Source of the DNA: a bacterium
Lineage (GTDB): Bacteria; UBA8248
DNA: 64,000 nucleotides
NCBI GenBank assembly: GCA_965204535.1
Contig: CBDBEV010000001.1
Span: forward strand, 1,792,001-1,856,000
Direction of reading: 5' to 3'
Part shown: in pieces, positions 1-10,284 of the stretch
Layout of the letters: the number at the start of each line of letters is the position of its first letter
Position numbering within the stretch: the stretch's first letter is position 1
Position numbers and translations under genes: made by a program
Notes under the pieces: generated by a model
Databases searched by the model: none
What the model saw: the letters and a program-made list of their open reading frames with translations, nothing else
What the model was told of the DNA's origin: nothing

Positions 1-1373
1 TCGCGCACGAGCTTCTTGTCGAACCCGGCTTCTGCGATCTTGTTCGCGTGGGTGGGGCCGAAGATGAGCATGATCTCGCAGCGGCCGAACTGCGGCCGCG
101 TGCCGGAGCAGGCGGCCACGGTGCCGAAGGTTCCCAGGATGCCCTGCGCGGTGAGCGCGCTGTGGTCGTCCACCATGTGGAGGGGTTCGGCGGTGAACAC
201 CGTCACCACGCTGTCGGACTCGGCGAAGCCCTTCTCCACGTGGAGCGGCTCCCAGGGGCTCTGCTCCACGTTCTCGGTGATGGCGTCGAAATACTTGGCG
301 AAATGGCCCTGGCAGGTGGCGCCCCGGTTTTCGAGGTCGCCGATGCAGTTGAACATGATGAGCTTGATCGCGCGGCCGACCGAGGCGTTCACCCCCCAGC
401 CCGCTGCGCTCAAGTCGCGCCCGTCGCTCATCCCGACTTCGCGCGCGATGGGGCCGCTCACCACGACGATGGGGAAAAGCGTGTGCGCCGTGGTGATGAC
501 GTGGTTGACGTGGTACTCCTCCGCCCCCATGGCCTGCACCGCCGTCACGAGGATGGGCATGACGCCGGGACTGCAGCCCGCCATGACGGCGTTGGCCGCG
601 ATCCGCTCCACGGTGATGTCCGCCAGCCTCGGCATGAGGCGGGCGACCACCTCATCGCCCTTTCTGCCCGAGGCCGCCACGAACCGCTCCACCATCTCCA
701 GGGTGGGGGGGATGACGGGCATCCCGTCCGTCGCCCCCAGATCGAAGAGCGCGCCGTTCGCACCGATGGGGTCGCCCGCGATCGTGAGGACCCGCTCGAT
801 GGGGTCATCAGCGACTGCGGCCTCTCCCCCGTTCGCCGTGTTCATCCACTCGGCGGCGACCGTATCGACGCCGTTTTTCGCCATGCGCATCAGGGCGTCG
901 CCGCCCTGGTGGGCCACGGTGTCATCGACGAGGAGAAGGCGGAGGTGGGGGGATTTATAGGCTTTGGCGAAGCTGCGCGCCGCCGTCTCGAACCCGTTGC
1001 CCACCACCACGACGGTGGGGACGCCGCGTTTTTCAAGCTCTGCCGAGTCGTGGACACTCCACGACGTGCAACCCCCTCAGACCCCGAAGCCGGTCACCGC
1101 CACGTCGCAGTTCGAAGCGATCTCATCGAGCGTCTCCTGGCCTGCGCCCTGGGCGGCCCATCCCTTCTTGCGCACCAGGAGCTTCGCGTCGTGCCGCTCG
1201 GCGAAGGCTTCGCCGACGTGGCTCAGGAAATCGCCCGCGTGGGGCATGGAGTTATCAAGTAAAGCGATGCGGAGCCCGTCCAGGCCCGATACGGCGGCGC
1301 CTTCGCCGGAACCCCCCTTATCCGCCACGGCGGCGATGGGATTGATGATTTCGATTCGACCGTTCTCGCCCAT
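1..1373 (-). CDS. UGSC-family selenoprotein candidate (UGGC motif) fused to a downstream 'TDGxPxxPPT' domain; 3' end runs off the window
   Basis: ATG at 1373 follows a GGAGGGAG RBS. Frame reads ...VAVTGFGV-TGA(1077-1079)-GGCTSWSVHDSAELEKRGVPTV... and continues through TDGMPVIPPT and IAANAVMAGC; I saw no further stop before the window edge. A SECIS-like hairpin lies 11 nt after the TGA. Confidence 0.82.
1047..1065 (-). promoter_or_regulatory. Putative bacterial SECIS hairpin
   Basis: Minus strand GTCGTGGA-GTG-TCCACGAC is a perfect 8-bp stem with a G-containing loop, starting 11 nt after the in-frame TGA. Confidence 0.7.
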
Positions 1374-1537
1374 AGACAAACTCCCTCCAATCCAAGGGGA
1401 ACACGCACTCCGCGCCATGGGTTCGGCCGCGGTCTTCCAGTATGCTTAGATGGATCAGTTATAGACAGGAATTCGTTCGGATGTCAATTATTGTGGAGTC
1501 AGACCCGACCGAGGAGGGAGGGTCTGACGAGCGGGGA

Positions 1538-1753
1538 GGGGTTGTTGAAAAAGCCCCTTCCTCAGGGGAAAAGGCAACCCCCCCTACCCCCCCTTGTCAG
1601 GGGGGCAAGAAAAAACAAAAGCCCCTCTCCCGGCGGCGGGCGTCGCCTTTTCATACCTCCCTCATCAGGGGGGAGAAAAAGCAAAGGCCCCTCAGCCCGG
1701 CGGGTGTGCATCGCCTTTTTATACCCCCCTGACAAGGGGGGGTAGGGGGGGTT
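1538..1753. repeat. IS1182-type end plus C/G-tract inverted repeat (family P)
   Basis: GGGGTTGTTGAAAAA at 1538, then AACCCCCCCTACCCCCCCTTGTCAGGGGGG ... CCCCCCTGACAAGGGGGGGTAGGGGGGGTT (1576-1753). Confidence 0.85.
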
Positions 1754-1822
1754 GGTTTTCAAGGCGAACAGGCGGAATCCGGAGAGTTTGTCTTTGGCCT
1801 TTTGCCTTTCGTCTTGCCGGTT

Positions 1823-2635
1823 CTATCCCGTGGATTCAAATGCCCGCTCCGTCGGGCCGACCGAACTGAGGCCGCAGCGCAGGGCCTCGAGGTTGAACGT
1901 CATCCAGGGGGGCACGTTCCCGATGTTCACGTCGGGGCCGAATTCGGTGAGCAGGAACTTCTGTAGCTCGTAGATGACGTTGTTCGTCGTGCCCTCGATC
2001 CACCAGCCGGGAAGCTCGAAAATCACCTTCTTGACATCCATCTGCCCGCGGATCGAATCGATCAGAGCGCGGTCGGCCGCGCCGCCGGGCATGAGTTCCG
2101 CCGCCTCGAACAGCACCACCGAGGCGCCCGCTTCCATGCAGATGCGGGCTTGTGCGATCAGCTCCGCCGCGTCCTGCTTGCCGGTCTTGGAGCCCACCTC
2201 GCCGTGCACCTCCAGGCCGGCGTCCACCGCCGAGCGCACCATGCGCTCCCTTTCGCCGTCTGTAAGAGAAACGCAGTTGTCTGAAATCTCTATGGCCTCG
2301 ACCCCGTATTCCGCTGCCGCTTCGAAATAGGGCTGAACCCCGCCCCAGCCCTGTGTGGCGAAGATGAACTCCAGAAACTGCCCGCCGATGAAGGGCTTGA
2401 CGTCGTGGCTTTTGAAGAGCTCCAGCTTCTCCCGGTAGTAATCCTCGAGATACAGGCGCGAGGTACCCACCGCGATTTTGCCGAGGTCGATGAACGGCCC
2501 GCTCATCCGAAGCAGCCCCTGTAGATATTCGATGGTCTCCCCCTTGTCGATCATCATGGTGAGCCCGCTGGTTCTTGGTTTTTCCATGCTCCGCTCCGCG
2601 GAGAGGGGAACGAAGTCGAAGGCGAATCCGGCCAT
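1823..2635 (-). CDS. comA: Phosphosulfolactate synthase (ComA) family protein
   Basis: KPRTSGLTMMIDKG, IDLGKIAVGTSRLY, IEISD, EVGSK, VNIGNV, LEALRCGL motifs. Confidence 0.8.
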   Translation of the reverse strand: MAGFAFDFVPLSAERSMEKPRTSGLTMMIDKGETIEYLQGLLRMSGPFIDLGKIAVGTSRLYLEDYYREKLELFKSHDVKPFIGGQFLEFIFATQGWGGVQPYFEAAAEYGVEAIEISDNCVSLTDGERERMVRSAVDAGLEVHGEVGSKTGKQDAAELIAQARICMEAGASVVLFEAAELMPGGAADRALIDSIRGQMDVKKVIFELPGWWIEGTTNNVIYELQKFLLTEFGPDVNIGNVPPWMTFNLEALRCGLSSVGPTERAFESTG

Positions 2636-2890
2636 CTGAGAACTCCTTTCAGACTTATTTTCAATGCTCAGAATTCGGGGCTTCAGTTAATCGCATCATC
2701 CGCGCGGTTGCAAGGATGGGATGGCAAGGGGGCCGCCACTCCCCTTCATTCGACGATCTTCTCAACTGATTAGGCTCCGGGCGGGCGCGACCGTATAATG
2801 CGCCCACACGCCATGCAATCGAAAGCGGGAGAGAGAGTCGTAATACTCGCCCGAGTGGAGAAACGTCCAAGAATCCATGAAGGAGGAAAC

Positions 2891-3904
2891 ATGCCGGATT
2901 TTTCCAGACCCGTATTCATCGTCAGCGCCCCGCGTTCAGGCTCGACCCTGTTCCGGCTCATCCTGGACGCCCACCCGCGCCTGGCGGTGCCCTCCCCCGC
3001 CTGGCTGTATGAAATGGTCTACCCCTACCTCTACAGCTATGGCGACCTCTCAAGCCCTGAGAACCTCGCGGCCCTCGCCGAGGACATCTTCGAGAGTCCC
3101 TTCATCAAGAACATGAAGCTCGACATCACGCCGCAGGACCTCGTTTCCGCCGCTGCCGAGCCTACCTTCCGGGGGCTTTACGACGCGCTCCACCGCCACT
3201 ACGCCGAGAACACGGGCAAGGAGCGGTGGGGCGAGAAATCCCCCCGCAATTCGTTCTGGATGGAGGAGATCAAAGGGGACTTCCCGGATGCGCAGTTCGT
3301 CCACATCGTGCGCGACGGACGCGACATGGCGATCGACATCGCCGATTCGCCCGAGATGCTGCCCGAGAACGTATATTCGGGCGCGCACGTCTGGAAGGAC
3401 TTTACGGGCACCGCGCACGAATCGGGAAAACGCATGGGGGAATCGGATTATTACGTCATCCGCTACGAGGATCTGTGCGCCGAGCCCGAGAGCGAGCTCA
3501 AGAAACTGTGCGAATTTTTGGGCGAGGACTTTGACGGACAGATGCTGGCCCACCACGAGACGGATTCGTCCAAGAGTTGGAGTTCGCTCCCCAACCATGT
3601 GAAGAGCGGGCGGCCCATCTCCACGCAATACTGCGAGATGTACAAGACGCGCCTGCCTGCGGACGACGTATCCGCGCTCGAAGAAGTGATGGGGGATCTG
3701 CTCGTCGAGTTCGGCTACCCGGTGGGCGGGAGCGCGGAACCCATCCCTGAAAAACTCGCGGCCCAGTTGATGGAGAGCGAGATGATCTCAGCACCCCGCG
3801 TGATCGCCTACCGCAAATGGCACGCCGACCGGCGGCGCGAGCGGCTCGAAGAGGGCGTCTGGAAGCTCGAAGAGAGAAAATCCCTCCTGCGCTCTCTTTG
3901 CTGA
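2891..3904 (+). CDS. Sulfotransferase family protein (paralog 1)
   Basis: 5'-PSB loop VSAPRSGSTL, RWGEKSP, HIVRDGRD, RYEDL; AGGAGG RBS before ATG 2891. Confidence 0.9.
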   Translation: MPDFSRPVFIVSAPRSGSTLFRLILDAHPRLAVPSPAWLYEMVYPYLYSYGDLSSPENLAALAEDIFESPFIKNMKLDITPQDLVSAAAEPTFRGLYDALHRHYAENTGKERWGEKSPRNSFWMEEIKGDFPDAQFVHIVRDGRDMAIDIADSPEMLPENVYSGAHVWKDFTGTAHESGKRMGESDYYVIRYEDLCAEPESELKKLCEFLGEDFDGQMLAHHETDSSKSWSSLPNHVKSGRPISTQYCEMYKTRLPADDVSALEEVMGDLLVEFGYPVGGSAEPIPEKLAAQLMESEMISAPRVIAYRKWHADRRRERLEEGVWKLEERKSLLRSLC

Positions 3905-4524
3905 TGGCGGGAAGGCGGCCGGCGGGCCGAAGCCTGCACCCCTGTTGCAAACAAGCAGGACGGCGGCCCGCGATGCCCGGACCTGATGGGGTTGTTGAAA
4001 AAGCCTTTGTCAAAGGAGCAACCCCCCCTACCCCCCCTTGTCAGGGGGGCAAGAAAAAACAAAAACCCCTCTACCGGCGGCGGGCGTCGCCTTTTTATAC
4101 CCCCCTGACAAGGGGCTGTTGAAAAAGTCCCTGCGCACCCCTCGAATGGCGACTGTAGGGGTCAGACATATATGTCTGACCCCGTGGCCGCCCGTCGGTC
4201 GTATTCACCCAGATACAGCAAGGGCGCGAGGGCCACGGACAGGCACGGGGGCCTGTCCCTACAAAACCAACCCCCCCTACCCCCCCTTGTCAGGGGGGTA
4301 AAAAAAGAAAACCCCACAAAAAAAGGATCAACTCCCCCCTTGAGGGTCTGGCTTCCCGAGGGGAAAGCCAGACGATGAAGCCGAGCGGTTTGTGCGAAGG
4401 CTGAATCGGTGGGGGGTAAAATGCGTTTTATCGCCAGTCCGAATTATACCCCCCACCGAATCGCTTTCGGGCTTACGCCCTCAGCTCTTCGTCTGGCTTT
4501 CCCCTCGGGAAGTCAGACCCTCAA

Positions 4525-6037
4525 GGGGCTGTTGAAAAACCCCTGGTTTTATGATCGTATGGAGTTATCCCCCCTCGCCCGAGATGGGAGATTCCCCGAT
4601 GTTGGACCGCAAGAGGCGCGGGCAGATGGAATTGTTCGTGGCCGGTTCGCTGGAGCAGTTGATTCCCGAAGATTACATATTGTTCCGGGTGAACCGCGTA
4701 CTGGATTTGAGTTGGCTTCGCGAGGAGGTGGCGGAGTGCTATTGCGCGGACAACGGTCGACCGGGGATCGACCCGGAAGTGGTGGTGCGGTTGATGCTGG
4801 CGGGTCTTCTGCTGGGCCACGTTCACGACCGGCATCTGCTTCGCGAGGCGCAGGTGAACCTGGCGATCCGGTGGTTCATCGGTTACGAGCTGCACGAGGA
4901 GTTGCCGGATCATTCGAGCCTGACGCGGATTCGCCAGCGGTGGGGGGAGGCGCGGTTCAAGGAAATATTGCGCCGCACGGTTCAGGCGTGCCTGGAGGCG
5001 CAGGTGGCGAAGGGAGAAGTGGTTCACATGGACGCGTCTTTGATACGCGCGGACGTGAGTTGGGAGAGTCTGGCGGCGCGCCACGCGGAGAAGGTGGTGC
5101 GGGAGAACGACTCGGCGGATGAGGCGGGGAAGAAGGGCGGCGGGGGTTCGGGTCCGGTGAGCCGTACGGACCCCGACGCGCGCCTGGCGCGCAAGAGCGC
5201 TCGGGCGGGGTTCGAGCCGAGCTACAAGCACCACGCGGTGGTGGACGACGAGCGGGGCGTTGTCCTCGACGTAGAGGTGACGGCGGGGACGTTGAACGAG
5301 CGGGAGATGATGGAGCCGCAGTTGGATGCGGTTTGCGAGCTCACGGGTCGCGCGCCCGCGGTGGTGACGGCGGATAGTGGTTATGCGTACTCGAAGGTGT
5401 ATGCGGGATTGGAGCGGCGGGGTGTTGATGCGCTGATACCGGCGAAGAAGGAGCCTTCCCAGAGCCGTGTTCCGCTGCAGTTGTTCCGCTACGACGAGCG
5501 GCACAAGGTGGTGAAGTGTCCGGGCGGCAAGACGCTGCGTCCCCGGAAGGAGACGGAGCGGGGGCGCTACTATGGTTCGAGGACGCGCGATTGCGCGGGC
5601 TGCGCGCTGAGGTCGGATTGTCTGCCCAAGTCGCACACGAGCAGGACGGTGCTGATTCCGCATGAATATCCGGCGCTGTTGCGCGCGCGCCGGCGGCACG
5701 CGCGCCGGGGGGAGGAGGAGGGCCGGCTGTGGCGCCGCCACATGTCGCGTTCGGAGGGCTACCACGGCGAAGCGAAGAGTCGGCACGGACTGGGGCGGGC
5801 GGTGCGCCGGGGCCTTGCGAACATGAGGATCCAGGCCTACCTGACGGCGACTGCGGTGAACCTCAAGCGGCTGGCCGCCGCTTTTGCGGCGGATATATTC
5901 GCTCTGTGGAGGGCCTGGGCCGCCCGGAGACGCCGTCTGCGCGCATATCGCGGCCTCACGCGCCGATTGGGCTTCCTATCCCAAGCCGCGTGAGCCGCCA
6001 TACCCCCTGCTTCAAAACAGGGTTTTTCAACAGCCCC
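4525..6037 (+). mobile_element. IS1182-family insertion sequence
   Basis: Perfect terminal IRs GGGGCTGTTGAAAAACCC (4525) and GGGTTTTTCAACAGCCCC (to 6037) flank a single transposase ORF. Confidence 0.9.
4599..5993 (+). CDS. IS1182-family transposase
   Basis: DUF772-like N-terminus (GRPGIDPEVVVRLML, IRWFIGYELHEELPDHSSL), HMDAS, ADSGY, CPGG...CAGCALRSDC, SEGYHGEAKSRHGL. Confidence 0.92.
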   Translation: MLDRKRRGQMELFVAGSLEQLIPEDYILFRVNRVLDLSWLREEVAECYCADNGRPGIDPEVVVRLMLAGLLLGHVHDRHLLREAQVNLAIRWFIGYELHEELPDHSSLTRIRQRWGEARFKEILRRTVQACLEAQVAKGEVVHMDASLIRADVSWESLAARHAEKVVRENDSADEAGKKGGGGSGPVSRTDPDARLARKSARAGFEPSYKHHAVVDDERGVVLDVEVTAGTLNEREMMEPQLDAVCELTGRAPAVVTADSGYAYSKVYAGLERRGVDALIPAKKEPSQSRVPLQLFRYDERHKVVKCPGGKTLRPRKETERGRYYGSRTRDCAGCALRSDCLPKSHTSRTVLIPHEYPALLRARRRHARRGEEEGRLWRRHMSRSEGYHGEAKSRHGLGRAVRRGLANMRIQAYLTATAVNLKRLAAAFAADIFALWRAWAARRRRLRAYRGLTRRLGFLSQAA

Positions 6038-6291
6038 GACAAGGGGGGGTAGGGGGGGTTGCCTTTATCCCCTGAGGAGGAGGGTTTTCAACAGCCCCGG
6101 ATAAGGCGCGCTTGTGCCGCCTCCTTGGATTCACTATCATGGTCGGCATCCATATTTCATGCGAGTCATGCGCCGCTTGAGGAAGTCCGGTCTATTCGTT
6201 TTCTCTTTCGTTGCGAGAAACCACGAATAAAAGGAGCCGAATACACGGAATCGAAACATAATCTGGGAAAACTGCTCATGGAGGAAGCCCG

Positions 6292-7272
6292 ATGTCCAAG
6301 ATCATGAAATGCATCATCGCCTTTGGTGTTCTGGTATCCGTGGGGGTCGTCGATTCAGCCCCGGCTGAAGCGGCCTATCCCGAGCGCGCCATCAACTACA
6401 TCGTCGCCTACAGGGTCGGGGGCGGCTCGGACAGGACGTCGCGCGCCTTCGTTCCCTTTCTCGAAAAGCACCTGGGCAAGGGCGCCAAGATCGCCATCAT
6501 CAACAAGCCGGGCGCGGGCGGCAACATCGGGTTCAACGCGATAGCGAACGCCAAGCCCGACGGCTACACCATCGGCATGACGAACTTCCCCCAGGCCATC
6601 GTCGGCCCCATCATGGGGAAGGTGAAATACACCATCAAGGACTTCGACTTCCTGGGCAACGTGAACAGGGGACCGACGACGTTCGCCGTGCTCAAGACGA
6701 GCAAGTACAAATCGCTGGCCGACCTCATGGCCGACGTCAAGAAGAACCCCGGTAAAATCTCGATAGGCATGGCGGCGCTCAGCAGCGTCCACAGCATCGG
6801 GACCAGCAAGTTCATGGTCAAGACGGGACTTAAATTCAACAAGGTGCCCTTCGGCGGCGGCGGCCCCGCGCGCAACGCCCTGCTCGGCGGCCACGTTCCG
6901 GTGCTGGCGATCTCGATGTCGGCCATCGCGAAATTCAGGGACAAGGTCAACATCCTCGCCCAGGCAGCGCCCGAGCGGGTGGCCATCGGCTCCTGGGTCC
7001 CGACGTTCAAGGAGCAAGGCGTGGACATCACCAACTTCGTCTATCGTCCCGTGGCCGCTCCCAAGGGTGTGCCGGCGCCCATACTGGCGAAGCTGCGCGC
7101 CGCCTTCAAAAAGGCGATCGCGGACCCGGGATTCCTGAAAGTGGCGAAGAAGCAGAAAGTCGCGGTGGAATACACGAGTGGGGAAGAGATGGCGAAGGTT
7201 GCCAACGATTCTCACATGGCCCACGAGCAGCTCTGGAAGACGAATCCCTGGATGAAGAAGAAAAAGAAGTAA
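6292..7272 (+). CDS. Tripartite tricarboxylate transporter substrate-binding protein (TctC/Bug)
   Basis: Signal peptide, YPERAINYIVAY..GGGSD, NKPGAGGNIG, VPFGGGGP, AAPKGVP. Confidence 0.92.
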   Translation: MSKIMKCIIAFGVLVSVGVVDSAPAEAAYPERAINYIVAYRVGGGSDRTSRAFVPFLEKHLGKGAKIAIINKPGAGGNIGFNAIANAKPDGYTIGMTNFPQAIVGPIMGKVKYTIKDFDFLGNVNRGPTTFAVLKTSKYKSLADLMADVKKNPGKISIGMAALSSVHSIGTSKFMVKTGLKFNKVPFGGGGPARNALLGGHVPVLAISMSAIAKFRDKVNILAQAAPERVAIGSWVPTFKEQGVDITNFVYRPVAAPKGVPAPILAKLRAAFKKAIADPGFLKVAKKQKVAVEYTSGEEMAKVANDSHMAHEQLWKTNPWMKKKKK

Positions 7273-7366
7273 GAACCCATCCGGGTCTTCACGTAAGCGA
7301 GAGCGCAAAATCACGAGCAATCCCGAGGCGTGCATAGCCGGTGCGCCTCGGGATCGGGTGAAAGGT

Positions 7367-8149
7367 ATGCCGCAAATCAGCGTCTCGGGAGTCGACCTCC
7401 ACTACGTCGACGAGGGCGAGGGAAAACCCGTATTCTTTCTTCACGGGAACGCGGGTTCGGGGCGCGTGTGGCGAAAAATCACGCCCGAATTCAAAAAGAG
7501 CTACCGCGTCATCGCCCATGATCGCCAGGGGTTCGGTGATTCCGAGAAAAAAGAGAGCGGCGATTTCTCGCCGCGCGGATTCGCAGGGGAACTGGCGCGC
7601 CTGATGGACGCGCTCGATATCGAGCGGGCCCACGTCTGCGGCCTCTCGATGGGCGGCATGATCGCCCAGTGCTTCGCTCTCGATTACCCCGAGCGGGTGA
7701 ACGGGCTGGTGCTTGTGGGGACGATGCCGGACCGCACGGGGCGCAACGTCCCCGAGACGCTGGCCGAACTGGAACGGGACGGATGGCCCGCCGTCGCGGA
7801 GCGCCTCATCGACCACTGGTTCCGGCCGGGCAGCGATGAGGCGGACGTTGCCGAGGCGTATGAGATCGCCCTCCAGTCGCCGCAGAAATTCCGCGAACTC
7901 ACGGTCACCGCGCTCGGGACGTTCGACATCAAGGCGGAACTCCCCGGCATCGAGGCCCCGACGCTGATCCTGAACGGCGAGGCGGACGTCACCAACGTGA
8001 TGGGCCATGCGGAAATCATGAACGAGGGAATCCCGGGTTCGCGGCTCGTGAGGATTCCCGACTGCGGACACCTGATCCCGATTGAAAGGCCCGAGGCGTT
8101 CTGCCGGCACACGCTCGGGTTCCTGGCCGAGGTCGACGCCATGCCGTAG
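7367..8149 (+). CDS. Alpha/beta hydrolase (enol-lactonase-like)
   Basis: FFLHG, DRQGFGDS, nucleophile elbow GLSMGG, GEAD, CGH. Confidence 0.88.
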   Translation: MPQISVSGVDLHYVDEGEGKPVFFLHGNAGSGRVWRKITPEFKKSYRVIAHDRQGFGDSEKKESGDFSPRGFAGELARLMDALDIERAHVCGLSMGGMIAQCFALDYPERVNGLVLVGTMPDRTGRNVPETLAELERDGWPAVAERLIDHWFRPGSDEADVAEAYEIALQSPQKFRELTVTALGTFDIKAELPGIEAPTLILNGEADVTNVMGHAEIMNEGIPGSRLVRIPDCGHLIPIERPEAFCRHTLGFLAEVDAMP

Positions 8150-8220
8150 CAAGAAAAAGGCGCTTTGAAGTTTCGGCCTCATACGAGTTGTCCCTGGCTT
8201 CACTCGCGGGGGAAGCGCAC

Positions 8221-8661
8221 GTGTTCCAGAACCATGACAGAGTCGCCTCCGTAATCTTCTTCTTTGCGACGACTTTCCTCTACTACCACGCCGGGAGCTT
8301 TCCCGAAGAGGCGGCCTTCTACCCGCGAATGGTCATCGGGTTGATGGTCATTCTCTCCGTCCTCATGTTCGTGAAGTCGTGGCTGAAAACCGGGCGGAGC
8401 AGGACCTTCGAGCCGTTCTTCATCCACCACAAGCGGTTCCTCCTGAGCACCCTCATGGCGCTGGGCTACATCGCGGGCGTTCAGTATCTCGGCTACTACA
8501 GCGCCTCGCTGGTTTTCATTCCCGCCGCGGCCTGGGCGCTGGGCTACCGGAACAGGTTCGTCATGGCGGGCACCACGGTCTGTTATCTCCTGTTCATCTT
8601 CGTGGTGTTCGACCAGCTATTCGACCGTCCGCTCACGCAGGAATTTTTCCTGCGCCACTAA
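8221..8661 (+). CDS. Tripartite tricarboxylate transporter TctB family protein
   Basis: Four hydrophobic segments, FYP and LGY motifs; lies between TctC and TctA. Confidence 0.8.
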   Translation: MFQNHDRVASVIFFFATTFLYYHAGSFPEEAAFYPRMVIGLMVILSVLMFVKSWLKTGRSRTFEPFFIHHKRFLLSTLMALGYIAGVQYLGYYSASLVFIPAAAWALGYRNRFVMAGTTVCYLLFIFVVFDQLFDRPLTQEFFLRH

Positions 8662-8728
8662 TGGGGAGTGAAAGCATGGCGCCTGAACACCGGTCTGACC
8701 CCAAAAGCCGGGCCAGGGGAATGAAACC

Positions 8729-10255
8729 TTGATCGAGCCATTTTATAATTCCCTGTGGGTCATCCTCGAGTGGCAGAACATCCTCGCCATGTTCGTGGGG
8801 GTGATCGGCGGCATCATCTTCGGCGCCATTCCGGGCCTGACGGCGACGATGGGCATCGCCCTCTTGATCCCCCTCACCTTCGGCATGTCGCCGCTCATGG
8901 CGCTGGGGATGATGGCCGGCATCCACAACGGCGGCTCCTACGGCGGCGCCATTCCCGCCGTCCTGCTGCGCATTCCGGGCACGCCGGGCGCCATCGCCAC
9001 CACGTTCGACGGCTACCCGATGGCCCAGCAGGGTCTCGCGGAGCGCGCCCTCAAGATCGCGTGCGTCTCCTCGGCGGTGGGCGGCATGGTGAGCGCCGTA
9101 TCGCTGATGACGCTCTCCCCGCCCCTTGCGGAATTCGCCCTGGCCTTCGGTCCGCCCGAGATCTTCTGGATCAGCCTGTTCGGCCTCTCCAGCATCGCCG
9201 TGCTGCTTGGCTCCGACCCCATCAAGGGTCTCATGGCGTCGTGCCTCGGACTGCTGCTGGGCATGGTGGGCCTCGATCACGTAACCGGTTATGAGCGATT
9301 CACCTTCGACACGCTCGAGCTTTCGGGCGGACTGCAGCTCATCGTCATCATGGTCGGGGTGTACGCGCTGCCGCCGGCGTTCCAGATGGCGGAGCGCGCC
9401 ATCATGACCGGCGTGAAATCCAAAGACTTGGAGTTCGAAGGCAAATCCGACATGGCGAACTGGCCGTGGATGCAGATTTTCCCCGCCTGGGTCCGCGCGA
9501 ACGTCATCGGGATCATCATCGGGATTCTCCCCGGCGTCGGGGGCGTCGTCGGCGCCTTCGTCGCCTACAACGAGACCAAGCGCTCATCGAAAGACCCGGA
9601 GAGCTTCGGCAAGGGAAACCCGGTGGGCGTCGCCGTGGCCGAGTGCGCCAACAACGCCGACAACGCCGCCGCCATGATACCCGCCCTCACGCTGGGGGTT
9701 CCCGGCAGCGGGCTGGCCGCACTGATACTGGCGGGCCTGCTCATCCACGGGCTCGAACCCGGCCCGCGCCTGTTCAAGGAAGCGCCAGACGTGGTGTACG
9801 GCTACATGTGGGCGATGCTGTTCACCTCGGCTTCCCTGTTCGTGTTCGGCGGCATCATCGCGACCAAGCTGTTCGCCAACATCCTGCGGCTGGCGCAGGT
9901 GCAGCTGATGCCGGTCATCATCGCGCTGACGGTGGTGGGCATCTATTCGTTCGAGAACAGCATCTTCAACGTCTACCTGATGCTGGGGTTCGGCCTGTTC
10001 GGCTACGCGATGGAGCGGCTGAAGTTCCCCATCGCCCCGCTCATTCTCGGCCTGATACTGGGGCCAAAAGTCGAGTTCAACTTAAGAGTCGCGCTCCGGT
10101 TGTCGCAGGATGACTGGTCGATCCTGTGGACGCGGCCGATCAGCATCGCGCTGATCATATTGACCGCGCTCGTCCTCGCGTATCCGCTGGTTTCCGCCCT
10201 CCTCCGCCGGAACAGGGAGGGGCCTGAGGAGGAGTTCGCCCTGGGAGAGGAATGA
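8729..10255 (+). CDS. Tripartite tricarboxylate transporter permease TctA
   Basis: GAIPGLTATM, GGAIPAVLLRIPGTPGA..TTFDGYPMA, AECANNA, LTLGVPGS. Confidence 0.93.
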   Translation: MIEPFYNSLWVILEWQNILAMFVGVIGGIIFGAIPGLTATMGIALLIPLTFGMSPLMALGMMAGIHNGGSYGGAIPAVLLRIPGTPGAIATTFDGYPMAQQGLAERALKIACVSSAVGGMVSAVSLMTLSPPLAEFALAFGPPEIFWISLFGLSSIAVLLGSDPIKGLMASCLGLLLGMVGLDHVTGYERFTFDTLELSGGLQLIVIMVGVYALPPAFQMAERAIMTGVKSKDLEFEGKSDMANWPWMQIFPAWVRANVIGIIIGILPGVGGVVGAFVAYNETKRSSKDPESFGKGNPVGVAVAECANNADNAAAMIPALTLGVPGSGLAALILAGLLIHGLEPGPRLFKEAPDVVYGYMWAMLFTSASLFVFGGIIATKLFANILRLAQVQLMPVIIALTVVGIYSFENSIFNVYLMLGFGLFGYAMERLKFPIAPLILGLILGPKVEFNLRVALRLSQDDWSILWTRPISIALIILTALVLAYPLVSALLRRNREGPEEEFALGEE

Positions 10256-10284
10256 GCGGGGTGTCGGCTTAAAACAGGGAAAGG

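Larger units (their letters stand above)
3988..6098. repeat. Nested mosaic of IS ends and palindromic repeats surrounding the IS1182
   Basis: Left ends at 3988, 4112 and 4525; right ends finishing at 6037 and 6098; P, Q and GTAG-type palindromes in between. Confidence 0.8.

Noticed and set aside
16-1449. Long plus-strand ORFs 16-960, 48-1262 and 964-1449
   Set aside because: Antisense shadows of the minus-strand selenoprotein gene; no recognisable motifs.
1442-1869. ORFs with PPYPPLSGG / PLTRGGRGG peptides (also near 4.0, 14.4, 21.4, 54.3 and 60.5 kb)
   Set aside because: Translations of the non-coding family P repeat.
1823-2635. Coenzyme M biosynthesis pathway
   Set aside because: Only comA is present, with no other com/xcb genes in the window; ComA homologs occur widely outside CoM producers.
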